Assembly (NCBI GenBank): GCA_022707885.1 | Contig: JAKIZT010000004.1 | Coordinates: forward strand, 12,243 to 76,242 | Direction of reading: 5' to 3' | Origin: Caldisericales bacterium | GTDB lineage: Bacteria > Caldisericota > Caldisericia > JAAYUI01 | Length of the DNA stretch: 64,000 nt | The notes under the pieces: generated by a model | Told to the model about the DNA's origin: nothing | The model's database searches: none | The model's input: only the letters and a program-made list of their open reading frames with translations | Part shown: positions 12,509 to 22,057 of the stretch, piece after piece | Numbering within the stretch: the first letter of the stretch is position 1 | Layout of the letters: every line of letters begins with the position of its first letter | Position numbers and translations under genes: made by a program

Positions 12509-13014
12509 GCCCCGCTCAGGAACAGATTGACCAGCTTTATTCAAAACTGAAAACAGAGGCAGAAGAGGGCGGTTACCACCTGAATCCTGATGCCACGTTC
12601 ACAAAAAATCTCATCAGTGGCCTTTTAACAAATCAAACGAGGTTTGGCTATCAATCCTGCCCATGCAGGCTGGCCACTGGCTCGATCGATGATGATCTGG
12701 ACATTGTATGCCCCTGTGATTACAGGGACCCTGATATTGCAGAGTTTGGCACCTGTTATTGCGCTCTTTATGTAAACGAGGAAATAAGCTCTGGAAAAAA
12801 GCAGGCAAGTTCAATCCCTGAAAGAAGACCAACAAAAGAACAGCGCCAAAAACAAGGAACCCCAAATACTCAGGTTGAAAAAAGGTCAACCTTATTACCA
12901 TATCCAATCTGGCGCTGCAAAGTGTGTGGCTATCTCTGCTCAAGGGAAACACCCCCTGAAAAATGCCCGATCTGCAAAGTAGGAAAAGAAAGGTTTGAAA
13001 AGTACACAATCTAG
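12505..13014 (+). CDS. Ferredoxin:thioredoxin reductase catalytic-subunit-like protein fused to a C-terminal rubredoxin-like zinc/iron ribbon
   Basis: The FTR-catalytic CPC signature is present twice: SCPCRLATG and IVCPCDYRDPDIAEFGTCYCALY. The C-terminus WRCKVCGYLC....CPICKV is rubredoxin-like (CxxC..CxxC). Confidence 0.6.
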   Translation: MSPAQEQIDQLYSKLKTEAEEGGYHLNPDATFTKNLISGLLTNQTRFGYQSCPCRLATGSIDDDLDIVCPCDYRDPDIAEFGTCYCALYVNEEISSGKKQASSIPERRPTKEQRQKQGTPNTQVEKRSTLLPYPIWRCKVCGYLCSRETPPEKCPICKVGKERFEKYTI

Positions 13015-13608
13015 ATGATAAAAAAAAGTGGGGGAATGCGTTTGCGTATTGTTGGTGGCACTCTAAGGGGAAGGGTGATAATGTTGCCACCCGAATTTCA
13101 GGGCAGACCAACAAAAGACATGGTCAGGGAAGCCTTTTTTGACATTATTGGAGATTTTGTTATAAGAGCAAATTTTCTTGATCTATACTCCGGCTCTGGA
13201 GCAACTGGAATCGAAGCTGTATCAAGAGGTGCGCGCCATTCATGGCTTGTCGACAGGGACTTTGTTGCCTGCAAGATCGCCAGAGAAACAGTAAAGACTT
13301 TCAAGGTGGACGAAAGCGTGACCGTTGAAAAGATGGATGCCGGTTCTTTTGTCTCGCAAGCATCGGCAAATAGTCTTTCATTTGACATAATTTTTTGTGA
13401 TCCACCCTATGAGATTACACCGGAGAAGCTATCAAAAAATCTGGAGCAAATGCCTTCAATTCTTGCTCCGGAAGGAATGTTGATCATCGAACACGATGAA
13501 GAAACTGAATATCCGGATGGGCTCCTTGGCCTCTCCAGATTCAAGGAGAAAAAATATGGTGGAACAAAACTCACGTTCTATTCGCGCCCTGTATCCGGGG
13601 ACCTTTGA
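13015..13608 (+). CDS. rsmD: 16S rRNA (guanine966-N2)-methyltransferase
   Basis: RLRIVGGTLRGR, LDLYSGSGATGIEAVSRGA and DPPY motifs. The start may instead be ATG 13036. Confidence 0.85.
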   Translation: MIKKSGGMRLRIVGGTLRGRVIMLPPEFQGRPTKDMVREAFFDIIGDFVIRANFLDLYSGSGATGIEAVSRGARHSWLVDRDFVACKIARETVKTFKVDESVTVEKMDAGSFVSQASANSLSFDIIFCDPPYEITPEKLSKNLEQMPSILAPEGMLIIEHDEETEYPDGLLGLSRFKEKKYGGTKLTFYSRPVSGDL

Positions 13609-14068
13609 CCCACCTACACTGGGCCACATATCACTGATTGAAAGGGCATGTTCCCTGTTTGGGGACGTAACGGTTGCTGTTGCCAAAATATCAGGCAAAG
13701 ATCCCCTCCTCATGTACGAGCAAAGAATAAACTTGCTGAGACAGATTTTCTCCGGAAATCCCAATGTAAAAATCATTGGCTTTACCGGTCTTTTGGTTGA
13801 TTGTGCAAAAAAAACAAATTCAAATGTTATCGTGAGGGGTTTAAGAACGATTTCCGATTTTGATGTCGAGTACAGAATGTCAACCATCAACAACATAGTC
13901 ATGCCTGAACTGGAAACGGTATTTTTGATGTCAGAACCTGAATATAGTTTTATATCCTCAACTTTTGTCAAGCAAATAGCCAGAGAGGGCGGAGATATTT
14001 CAGCATTTGTTCCAGGCGCAGTACTGGAATTGCTAAAGGAGCTGGAGGAAAATGGGCATAATATCTGA
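13556..14068 (+). CDS. coaD: Phosphopantetheine adenylyltransferase
   Basis: ALYPGTFDPPTLGHISLIERA (T/HxGH motif). Overlaps the rsmD 3' end. The start is taken at the internal Met because the longer ORF overlaps rsmD by more than 100 nt. Confidence 0.9.
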   Translation: MVEQNSRSIRALYPGTFDPPTLGHISLIERACSLFGDVTVAVAKISGKDPLLMYEQRINLLRQIFSGNPNVKIIGFTGLLVDCAKKTNSNVIVRGLRTISDFDVEYRMSTINNIVMPELETVFLMSEPEYSFISSTFVKQIAREGGDISAFVPGAVLELLKELEENGHNI

Positions 14069-14513
14069 TCTTGAAAACTTCAGAGAGCTCGTCTTGAATG
14101 GCAAGAAGGCAGCTTTTTCAAAAACCATCCTTATTCCCGAAAAAGAGGCAAGAGAAATTCTTGAAAGAATAATCCAGGATTTTCCTGTAGAATTCGAAGA
14201 AGCCTCGGAAATTGTAAAAAAACGCGCAGACCTGATCAAACAGGCTGAAATAGAGGCTGAATCAATAAAGCTCAATGCCGATGAGAGGGCAAAAATTATA
14301 AAAGAGGCCACTGAAAAAGCCCAGGAAATAATCAACCAGGCAAATTTTGAGGCCTCCAGGATAATCGAGGAAGCAAAAACCGAGTCAAAAAACATGGTTT
14401 GCCAGACCAACGATTTTGTCAGAAAAATCCTGGAACAGACAAAAACATCAATAATAAAATCCCAGGCAATACTTGAAGAATCAATCGAAGGTACAAAGAA
14501 TGCCAATCTATGA
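14052..14513 (+). CDS. Hypothetical coiled-coil protein (Glu/Lys/Ala-rich)
   Basis: 153-aa ORF with a heptad-like EEA/KII repeat pattern. No catalytic motif recognised. Confidence 0.45.
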   Translation: MGIISDLENFRELVLNGKKAAFSKTILIPEKEAREILERIIQDFPVEFEEASEIVKKRADLIKQAEIEAESIKLNADERAKIIKEATEKAQEIINQANFEASRIIEEAKTESKNMVCQTNDFVRKILEQTKTSIIKSQAILEESIEGTKNANL

Positions 14514-14712
14514 GTACAAGTGCCCTTCTTGCGGGCACAAATTTTCAGAGCTTTTATCATATGATGCCAAAAATCCGAAATGTCCCAAGTGTGGATGTGA
14601 AAACACCAAAAAAATGGTGTCTTCATTTTCCTCACCATCTTCTTCAACAAATTCTTCAGGCTCGTCCTGCAATTCATGTAACGGAGGTTCGTGTAGCTCA
14701 TGTCAAAGATAG
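14500..14712 (+). CDS. FmdB-family zinc-ribbon protein
   Basis: MPIYEYKCPSCGHKFSEL...CPKCG is the canonical FmdB CxxC..CxxC N-terminus, followed by a Ser-rich tail. Confidence 0.6.
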   Translation: MPIYEYKCPSCGHKFSELLSYDAKNPKCPKCGCENTKKMVSSFSSPSSSTNSSGSSCNSCNGGSCSSCQR

Positions 14713-15911
14713 ACCCTTGTAGACTCAGAAGAGATTTCACAGTCCTGGACAGGGAAAACCCGCCCATTTACCTCGACAACGCCTGCATGACACTAAAACC
14801 CAAACAGGTTGTCGATGCAATGACCACCTACTATGACGAGTACCCGGTTTGCGAGGGAAGATCGGCCCATGCAATGGCAATGAGGCTCGAGCAGGACATG
14901 CTCGCTTCAAGAAGGGCCATAAAAGATTACATCAAGGCAAACCACGTAAACGAGATTGTGTTCACGAGGAACACCTCCGAATCAATAAGCATAGTTTCGT
15001 ATGGTATAGACTGGAAACCTGGCGATATCGTGCTGGTTTCAGACAAGGAACACAATTCAAACTTTGTCCCATGGTTCAGGCTGAAAGAGTGGGGCGTAAA
15101 AGTTATTGTTGTGCCATCCGGAGATGATGGAAGGTTCTCGGTTGACAACTGGGCAAAGGCAATAAAAGAGTCAAAACCAAGACTCATAAGCTTCTATCAC
15201 ACCTCAAACCTCGATGGCGAAACCTCAAGGGTGGCCGAGGTGTGCAAGCTTGGGAAAGAGGCCGGTGCACTGGTCTGCCTTGATGCAGCACAGGGAGCGG
15301 CACATGTCCCGCTCAATGTTCAGGAAATTGGCTGCGATTTCATGGCCATTTCGATCCACAAGATGTGCGGGCCGACAGGCATGGGCGCACTCTATGGGAA
15401 GCTTGAAGAACTCAGGAAACTTAAACCACTGACAACTGGTGGTGGAACAGTATTTTCTGTGACATACGATGAAGTAAAACTGCTTGATCCTCCAAGAAAA
15501 TTTGAGGCAGGACTGCAAAATTATGCCGGCATTGTGGGTGTAAAACCTGCCATAGATTATATCGAATCAATAGGGCTCTCAAACATACACGAGCACGAAA
15601 TTGAACTAAACCAGCACCTGCAAAACCTTCTTGAGGGTATTCCACAAATAAAGATCCTTGGGCCAAAAGACGCCAAGGACAGAGGCGGAATAACAAGCAT
15701 GACGGTCGAAGGCTACAATGTTCACGATCTTGCCATGATCCTTGACGACAGGGTAGGAATAATGCTTAGGGCAGGTTTCCATTGTGTGCACGGCTGGTTC
15801 AACTCAAGGGGAATCGATGGCACATTGAGGGTCTCAACCTATCTCTACAACACAAAAGAGGAGATGGAGATATTTGCCAGCGCCATCAAAGAGATAATCG
15901 CGGAGGAATAA
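14700..15911 (+). CDS. Cysteine desulfurase (class-V aminotransferase, SufS/CsdA-like)
   Basis: 403 aa. The PLP-lysine region ISIHKMCGPTGMGALYG and overall SufS-like length. Confidence 0.85.
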   Translation: MSKIDPCRLRRDFTVLDRENPPIYLDNACMTLKPKQVVDAMTTYYDEYPVCEGRSAHAMAMRLEQDMLASRRAIKDYIKANHVNEIVFTRNTSESISIVSYGIDWKPGDIVLVSDKEHNSNFVPWFRLKEWGVKVIVVPSGDDGRFSVDNWAKAIKESKPRLISFYHTSNLDGETSRVAEVCKLGKEAGALVCLDAAQGAAHVPLNVQEIGCDFMAISIHKMCGPTGMGALYGKLEELRKLKPLTTGGGTVFSVTYDEVKLLDPPRKFEAGLQNYAGIVGVKPAIDYIESIGLSNIHEHEIELNQHLQNLLEGIPQIKILGPKDAKDRGGITSMTVEGYNVHDLAMILDDRVGIMLRAGFHCVHGWFNSRGIDGTLRVSTYLYNTKEEMEIFASAIKEIIAEE

Positions 15912-18900
15912 TGAAAAGATTTGCATCGTTGACACTTGCCATAATAATGCTTGCGACCCTGCTGCCGCTTGCAGGCCAGGTGCAGGCATCGGACTACTCC
16001 TTTGCAGGGCTGATAGAGAAAATAACATCAGAAGCCCCCATGAAATATATTGAAAAACTCTCTTCGAAGGAATTCAGGGGCAGGATGGTTGGCGATCCTG
16101 GAGAGAAGATAACAACGGATTATATCGCCTCATTATACAAATCATTCGGCCTAAAACCGGCAGGCGACGATGGTACATATTTTCAAAACCTCACCACATC
16201 AGTTTTTCTTCCAAAATCACCTGTGGACTTCAGAATGGTTACAGAAGATGGGGGAACAGAGAAACAGTTTGTCTACAAAAAAGACTACAATTTCCTCCAG
16301 GTGACTGGATCAGGCAAGGCAAATGCAGAGGCCATCTTTGCAGGTTTTGGAATATCAACCCAAAAATACAATTACGACGACTACAAGGGAATTGATGTCA
16401 AGGGGAAGATTGTTGCCGTAATAAGGCACGCCCCGGACTACCTCAGGGAGCTGGCTGGTCAAGAAGCAGATTCCCTTATGGCGTTCCAGTACAAGGTAGA
16501 CAATGCAATAGCCCACGGGGCATCTGCCGTTATTGTATTTGAAAACCCAATGCTCCCGCCTGAAAACAGAAGAAACATGAACGATAAGATTGTCAGTGCA
16601 TACCCTTCTTCCATCCCATGTTTTTTTGTCTCTGTGGAATGCTCGAACCAGGTACTCTCAAAATCAGGCCTGACTTCCGAACAGCTATTCAAAAAAATCA
16701 ATGATTCCAAATCTCCTAGTTCTTTCCCGATCAAAAACACAAGGCTCCAGGTTGAAGTTAACGCAGAATTCAATCCTGCATACAAAACCTCCAATGTCGT
16801 CGGCTATATTCCGGCCTCGGACCCGTTTGGTGCGAATGAAACGGTTCTCATAACAGCACATTACGACCACCTCGGTGTGGATGTTGACGGTACCCTTTAT
16901 CCAGGTGCATGCGACAATGCCTCTGGTGTTGCATCAATGCTTGAAATTGCGAGGGCTTTCACGGACAGTGGCCTCAAGCCAAAAATAAACATCTGTTTTG
17001 CAGCGCTTACCGGTGAAGAGCTTGGCCTTGTCGGGGCAAGCTATATGGCCAACAATCCGCCTTTCCCGCTTGACGGAATGACAGTGCTCAACCTTGACAT
17101 GGTCTGCGGGGAACCAAACAGGATCAACCTCTCCATGGATGCCAATTTCACTGATCTTTTTGACAAACTGAAATTTTCCGGGTTAAAGGTCGGCGCCAAT
17201 GTGGGACAGGGGAGACCTGCAAACAACAATGATTCTGCGGCATTTTACGCAAAGGGTGTTCCATCTGTTTTCATATTTGGTGGAAGGGGCATGATGTGGC
17301 ACGATCCGGAAGACACCATAGAACACGTCAATCCAGACGGCCTCCAGCTTTGCACAAGGTTTGCAGCCCTGACAGCGTGTCTCTACGCTGAACCGTTCTT
17401 CCTTGCCCTTGACAACCAGACATTTGAATCTCCAGCGCCTGACTATGTTGTATCAGGCTACACCGGGAGAGGGGCAAGGGTCACTATCGGTGGCAGGCAG
17501 ACAATAGCCTCCGAAACTGGCAAATTCTCCATTCCGGTAACACTTGGCGAAGGCAAGAATGATTTGAAGGTTACGGCCACAAAACCATCGTCCGGTGAGA
17601 AGATCGAAAAAACAATCACTGTTTCGTATATTCTCCAGGCAAAAGCTGAACTTTCCACATCAATGCTGAACTTCGGTTTTGTGACCCAGAGATCAGAACC
17701 AAAAACGATCACATTCACAGTCACAAACACGGGCAAAGGTCCCCTTTCCGGAACATTGAAACCATGCTCTGACTGGCTTGAAATAAAACCGGCCAAACTC
17801 AATCCCGACAAAACCACCGTTGAGGCCACATTGTTACCAAAATGGCTCACCCCAAAAGGTTTCCATGTATGCATGATCCAGATTGAAACATCGGGTGGAA
17901 TGGTTTTTCTGCCTGTAACTGCAGTCACAGGCGAGGAGCCAACTGTAGAGCTTGTCATGACGCCAGGGTCAAAAAGGGTAAAAATCCAGGGCGATGACGT
18001 ACCAGTGAGCCAGGGGTTTGAGGTCGTGTCAAATGCCAACTGCTACCCATCATCTGTCCTTTCGATGTCATTCGGGATGCTTGTAAAAAAAGATGCTGAC
18101 GGGATAAAACTCACCTTCAATGACGAGCAGTACAGGTTGTGGACAGGTTCGGCAGTCGGATTGAAGGGCAACGTGCCGTTTACACTCAAAAAAGAAGTCT
18201 ATGAGAACAAAGATGAGGTAATGCTTCCCGAGAGCCTTCTTGAGATCATGGGCATGGGAATCGAGAAAAAAGAGGGCGGTCAGATTGTAATCACCTATGA
18301 CATATCAAAGGTTGCCCCATTTTCTGCCGAGATTTTCCCGCCGGATTTCATTGAGCTCGAACAAGACACAAAATATTCCAAAGATTTTTCATGGATGACA
18401 CGGCAATATTTCAAGTTCACACCAAACAGGAGTGGACTTTTAAGCTACACTATTCCGGAATGGCTGTACCTGGGTAATTACTACTCTAAGAATTATCCTG
18501 TTGAAAGCGGCAAAACAATTGAAATATGGCCATTTCCCAATAATGCACTCATAAACCAGCTCAAGCCAAAATCTGGAAAAATTGAGTTCTTCATAAACGG
18601 GCATCCCGTCGGGTCAGTTGAAGTGAAACTCAAATACGCAAATACAAAAAGGATAATCTCGATTATAATCGGATCAAAAACCGCCACCATTGATGGAGAG
18701 GAAAAAGAAGTCTCCCCGCCAGCCTTTATAGAAAATGGAACGACTTATGTTCCATACAGATTTATCGGAGAACCTTTCGGCGCAAAGGTGGAATGGGTTC
18801 AACAAACCAGGAGTGTCCGTGCAACAATAGGCACAACCACAATCGAGCTCACCATCAATTCCAAAAAGGCAATCATCAACGGTGTCCCGACAACACTCCA

Positions 18901-21900
18901 GAGCCCGGCAATAATAAAAGATGGAAGAACATTCGTCCCGATAAGATTTATTGGCGAGGCCTTTGGCGCCGATGTGAACTGGGACCAGAAAACAAAAACA
19001 GTCCTTGTAACACTGGATCTTGCAAAAGACAAACCGCTTATGGATGTAGATAAAAACAACATTGATATTCAGTGGCACGATGCAACACCAAACGCAATCC
19101 CGCCAAAAACAACAGTGACAATAGTAAACAAGGGCGGCGGAAAGATAATTTTCAAGGAACCCATTGATACCACAAGCACCATGAAAACAACACACGTTTC
19201 TGTCTCAAAAGAAAAAGTGATCCTTACCCCAATATTTGGAAGCGATCTACCTGTTGAAACAAGTGACACAGCAGTAGTTGTAACTTACAATGGAATTGTA
19301 GGATTAAATCTCAATGTTGGCATCTATCCAAAAGATTCGGTCCTCTTCTCATCAAAAGGAAACTTTTACAAAATCAACGGCTTTGAACAACAGGACCAGC
19401 CAAAGGTGCTCGATGGACTGGTCTCAACATCTATCCTCAAATTCATTTCCTCCTGTGGTGGATCAAGCATTTTTGATCCAACAAGCGGCAACCTTGCAGT
19501 AATTATGAGGGGTAAAACACTTGAGCTTGGCACAAAAACAGGTGACTTCTTCCTTGATGGCACCAAAATGCCATGGAAGTTCAGATATGAGGTAAAAGGC
19601 GAGGATGTTATCTTGCCTTGGGCTTGCCTTTCGCTTGCATTTGGCCTGGAAATAAATGAAAACTACGAGAGCGTCAGGGTCTGGCTCAAGAAAGAACCCC
19701 AGCCCCTTCTTTCACTCGACTGGCCAAGCATTGACCTTGTGAAGATGAACGACAAAAAGGTGGCAAAACCATTTGAGGCAAAGTTGTATCCAATAAGAGA
19801 GGGCGGTAAGTACAGTCTTCTCCAGGACCAGTCACCATACAAGCTTTTCTTCTTCTATTCCAACAACCAGGCATGTGCCAGAATGATACCATCCATTGAG
19901 AGCACCTTCAGAAGGTACAAGGACAAAGGTTTGTCCTGCTATCTTGTGTCAAACTCGATACCAACAGATTCTACAACAGAACAGTTTTTTGCAGGAAACA
20001 GGGACATAATGGAGGGACTCGATGCACTTTCAATAATTGGACTCACCCTGCCAATCATGTTTAATGAAAACGGCGAGATTTGTGAGGATTTCCCTGGCGA
20101 GTCAATTCCAAGACTATATATTATTAATTCCAAAGATGAGCTTGTCTTTGCCCTTCCTGATGTTAACCAGTCCCAGCTTATCTATCTTGAACAGGCTACA
20201 GCTTCTATTTTTGACAACCAGGGTGCCATCCCCCCGGATGTCCTGACAGTGAATGTCTCAAATAAAGGTGGCTCTGCTGGCCAGGGTTCAATAACATCGG
20301 ACTCACCACTGGTCAATGTTCTGACTGGCACTTTCAGGAGCTCACCTGCGCAGGTTTCATTGAGCTTTGATCCGTCAAAAGTGGAACTCAGGAACACGCC
20401 AAATTACACAACCGCAACAGCGACCCTGCTGGGGACAAGCAACCAGGTCGAGATTCCGGTCAGGTGCTGGAATGTTCCGCCTTTCACTGCTTTCTCAAGC
20501 TGGTATGGCGGTTCAAAAACAATAAGGATAAACGGCTCGAATATCAGCATACCTGTCGCTGCCACTGCAGGTGATGACCCGGTTGGACCAATAGGGTTGG
20601 TTGCAAAATCCATAGGCGCAGAAGTGAGAATCCTCTCCAACCAGACGGTCAGGTTTATTGCCGGGCAGAATGAAGCGACAATGTATATTGGGCAAAACTT
20701 CGCCGAATCTGGCGGATCAAAATTCGAGTTTGGCGGTAAATTCTCGATAGAATCAGGAGAAATATATGGCCCTGTAAAATTTCTGTCACAATTTGCAGGG
20801 GCAACCCTCCAGAGTTTTGACGGAACAATAGTTTTATGGGCACCAACAATAAAGGGAAGGGCAACAACCCCACTCCTCTCGGTTGATAAATCCAGTCTGA
20901 TGTTCAATTCATACATCCCGCCAGCAGGTGGTTTCAGGGCAGCACCGGATTTTGAACTCCCAAGCTACCCATACTCCTCGGGGACAAAAACAAAACTCTC
21001 CGAGCTCCTCAAAAAACCGGAAGTACAGGTTGTCATCATTGATTTCTGGGCAACATGGTGCCCACCATGCAAGTCCTCCATGCCCCACTTGGAGAAACTC
21101 TGGAGAAACTACAAAAACAAAGGTCTTGTTGTGCTTGGCGTCATAACCGACCAGGATGAAAAGACAGATGAAGACATTGAGGAAACTCTTACTGAGGATC
21201 CAAGAATCAAGGGTGGCTTAAAATCGCTTGGCCTGGACAAAATAACTTATCCGATGTGCTATGACATCAGGCCAGAACTCAAAACATTCCGCCTTTACGA
21301 AGGAAAAGCAATTCCAAGGCTTGTCGTCATTACAAAAGACATGAAGTGGGCATACACAAATGTGGGCTTCTGGGACCAGGGCGTAAGGAACCTTGAGTTC
21401 AAGGTAAGAAGACTTCTTGGAATTGAAGAAAGTGCAAAAATACCATCCCTCAGCCTTTCAAACATTGGCGTTGGAGAGCTCTCCGGAACAATAACAAGCT
21501 CTCTCCCGTACATAACACCAAAAAATACAAATTTCTCCACCACTGACTCCACTTCAATCGAATTTTCAATCAACACATGGACTGCACCGGTTTACCCAGA
21601 GACAGGGACAATAACCATAGAATCCAATGGTGGGAAATTTGTTTGCGATATTCAATACGATCCAGTTTTTGAAAACAAACCGCTGGAGCTAAAAATTAAC
21701 ACCACTGACAGCTCTCTTACGTTCAACAACCTGAAAACCAAGGTTTCTGTGCCCACAAAAACCTTTGGTGATAAATATCTGGTCGCGATCAATTCACTGC
21801 TCCCGGCACTTGGCGGATCAGCTTCGGTGCTTCCAGACAGAAAAAGGGCACTGGGTCAGTTCGAAACATGGCAGATAAGCGTCGAGCACAACAAAACGGC

Positions 21901-22057
21901 CATATCTGCAGGGCCATTCACTCTGAATGCACAGGCCCCGACAATCATTGAGGGTAGCAACATCTTTGTGGACTTTGAAACACTCTGCGACATAATCGGA
22001 GCAGAAGCATCTTTTGAAAACGAAAACAAAACACTGGTATTGAGGTATGAGATATGA
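15911..22057 (+). CDS. Giant secreted multidomain surface protein: N-terminal M28 Zn-aminopeptidase (with PA domain), Ig-like repeats, CuAO-N stalk repeats, two thioredoxin-like domains (one single-Cys, one canonical WCPPC) and a C-terminal CuAO-N-like domain
   Basis: Likely start MKRFASLTLAIIMLATLLPLAGQVQA (signal peptide) at 15911, overlapping the sufS stop. M28 motifs: ITAHYDHLGVD, ACDNASGVASMLEIARAF, TGEELGLVGASYMA. CuAO-N repeats: YVPYRFIGEPFGAKVEW and FVPIRFIGEAFGADVNWDQKTKTVLVTL. Canonical thioredoxin: VVIIDFWATWCPPCK...IPRLVVI. Degenerate thioredoxin: FFFYSNNQACARM...IPRLYII. Confidence 0.8.
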   Translation: MKRFASLTLAIIMLATLLPLAGQVQASDYSFAGLIEKITSEAPMKYIEKLSSKEFRGRMVGDPGEKITTDYIASLYKSFGLKPAGDDGTYFQNLTTSVFLPKSPVDFRMVTEDGGTEKQFVYKKDYNFLQVTGSGKANAEAIFAGFGISTQKYNYDDYKGIDVKGKIVAVIRHAPDYLRELAGQEADSLMAFQYKVDNAIAHGASAVIVFENPMLPPENRRNMNDKIVSAYPSSIPCFFVSVECSNQVLSKSGLTSEQLFKKINDSKSPSSFPIKNTRLQVEVNAEFNPAYKTSNVVGYIPASDPFGANETVLITAHYDHLGVDVDGTLYPGACDNASGVASMLEIARAFTDSGLKPKINICFAALTGEELGLVGASYMANNPPFPLDGMTVLNLDMVCGEPNRINLSMDANFTDLFDKLKFSGLKVGANVGQGRPANNNDSAAFYAKGVPSVFIFGGRGMMWHDPEDTIEHVNPDGLQLCTRFAALTACLYAEPFFLALDNQTFESPAPDYVVSGYTGRGARVTIGGRQTIASETGKFSIPVTLGEGKNDLKVTATKPSSGEKIEKTITVSYILQAKAELSTSMLNFGFVTQRSEPKTITFTVTNTGKGPLSGTLKPCSDWLEIKPAKLNPDKTTVEATLLPKWLTPKGFHVCMIQIETSGGMVFLPVTAVTGEEPTVELVMTPGSKRVKIQGDDVPVSQGFEVVSNANCYPSSVLSMSFGMLVKKDADGIKLTFNDEQYRLWTGSAVGLKGNVPFTLKKEVYENKDEVMLPESLLEIMGMGIEKKEGGQIVITYDISKVAPFSAEIFPPDFIELEQDTKYSKDFSWMTRQYFKFTPNRSGLLSYTIPEWLYLGNYYSKNYPVESGKTIEIWPFPNNALINQLKPKSGKIEFFINGHPVGSVEVKLKYANTKRIISIIIGSKTATIDGEEKEVSPPAFIENGTTYVPYRFIGEPFGAKVEWVQQTRSVRATIGTTTIELTINSKKAIINGVPTTLQSPAIIKDGRTFVPIRFIGEAFGADVNWDQKTKTVLVTLDLAKDKPLMDVDKNNIDIQWHDATPNAIPPKTTVTIVNKGGGKIIFKEPIDTTSTMKTTHVSVSKEKVILTPIFGSDLPVETSDTAVVVTYNGIVGLNLNVGIYPKDSVLFSSKGNFYKINGFEQQDQPKVLDGLVSTSILKFISSCGGSSIFDPTSGNLAVIMRGKTLELGTKTGDFFLDGTKMPWKFRYEVKGEDVILPWACLSLAFGLEINENYESVRVWLKKEPQPLLSLDWPSIDLVKMNDKKVAKPFEAKLYPIREGGKYSLLQDQSPYKLFFFYSNNQACARMIPSIESTFRRYKDKGLSCYLVSNSIPTDSTTEQFFAGNRDIMEGLDALSIIGLTLPIMFNENGEICEDFPGESIPRLYIINSKDELVFALPDVNQSQLIYLEQATASIFDNQGAIPPDVLTVNVSNKGGSAGQGSITSDSPLVNVLTGTFRSSPAQVSLSFDPSKVELRNTPNYTTATATLLGTSNQVEIPVRCWNVPPFTAFSSWYGGSKTIRINGSNISIPVAATAGDDPVGPIGLVAKSIGAEVRILSNQTVRFIAGQNEATMYIGQNFAESGGSKFEFGGKFSIESGEIYGPVKFLSQFAGATLQSFDGTIVLWAPTIKGRATTPLLSVDKSSLMFNSYIPPAGGFRAAPDFELPSYPYSSGTKTKLSELLKKPEVQVVIIDFWATWCPPCKSSMPHLEKLWRNYKNKGLVVLGVITDQDEKTDEDIEETLTEDPRIKGGLKSLGLDKITYPMCYDIRPELKTFRLYEGKAIPRLVVITKDMKWAYTNVGFWDQGVRNLEFKVRRLLGIEESAKIPSLSLSNIGVGELSGTITSSLPYITPKNTNFSTTDSTSIEFSINTWTAPVYPETGTITIESNGGKFVCDIQYDPVFENKPLELKINTTDSSLTFNNLKTKVSVPTKTFGDKYLVAINSLLPALGGSASVLPDRKRALGQFETWQISVEHNKTAISAGPFTLNAQAPTIIEGSNIFVDFETLCDIIGAEASFENENKTLVLRYEI

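Noticed and set aside
14033-14767. 244-aa minus-strand ORF spanning the coaD, coiled-coil and FmdB region
   Set aside because: It is antisense to three plus-strand genes with RBS and translational coupling. It has a Ser/Phe-rich composition.
18674-19195. Cys-rich 173-aa minus-strand ORF within the giant protein gene
   Set aside because: It is antisense to a region encoding conserved CuAO-N repeats. The Cys richness reflects GC-rich antisense codons.
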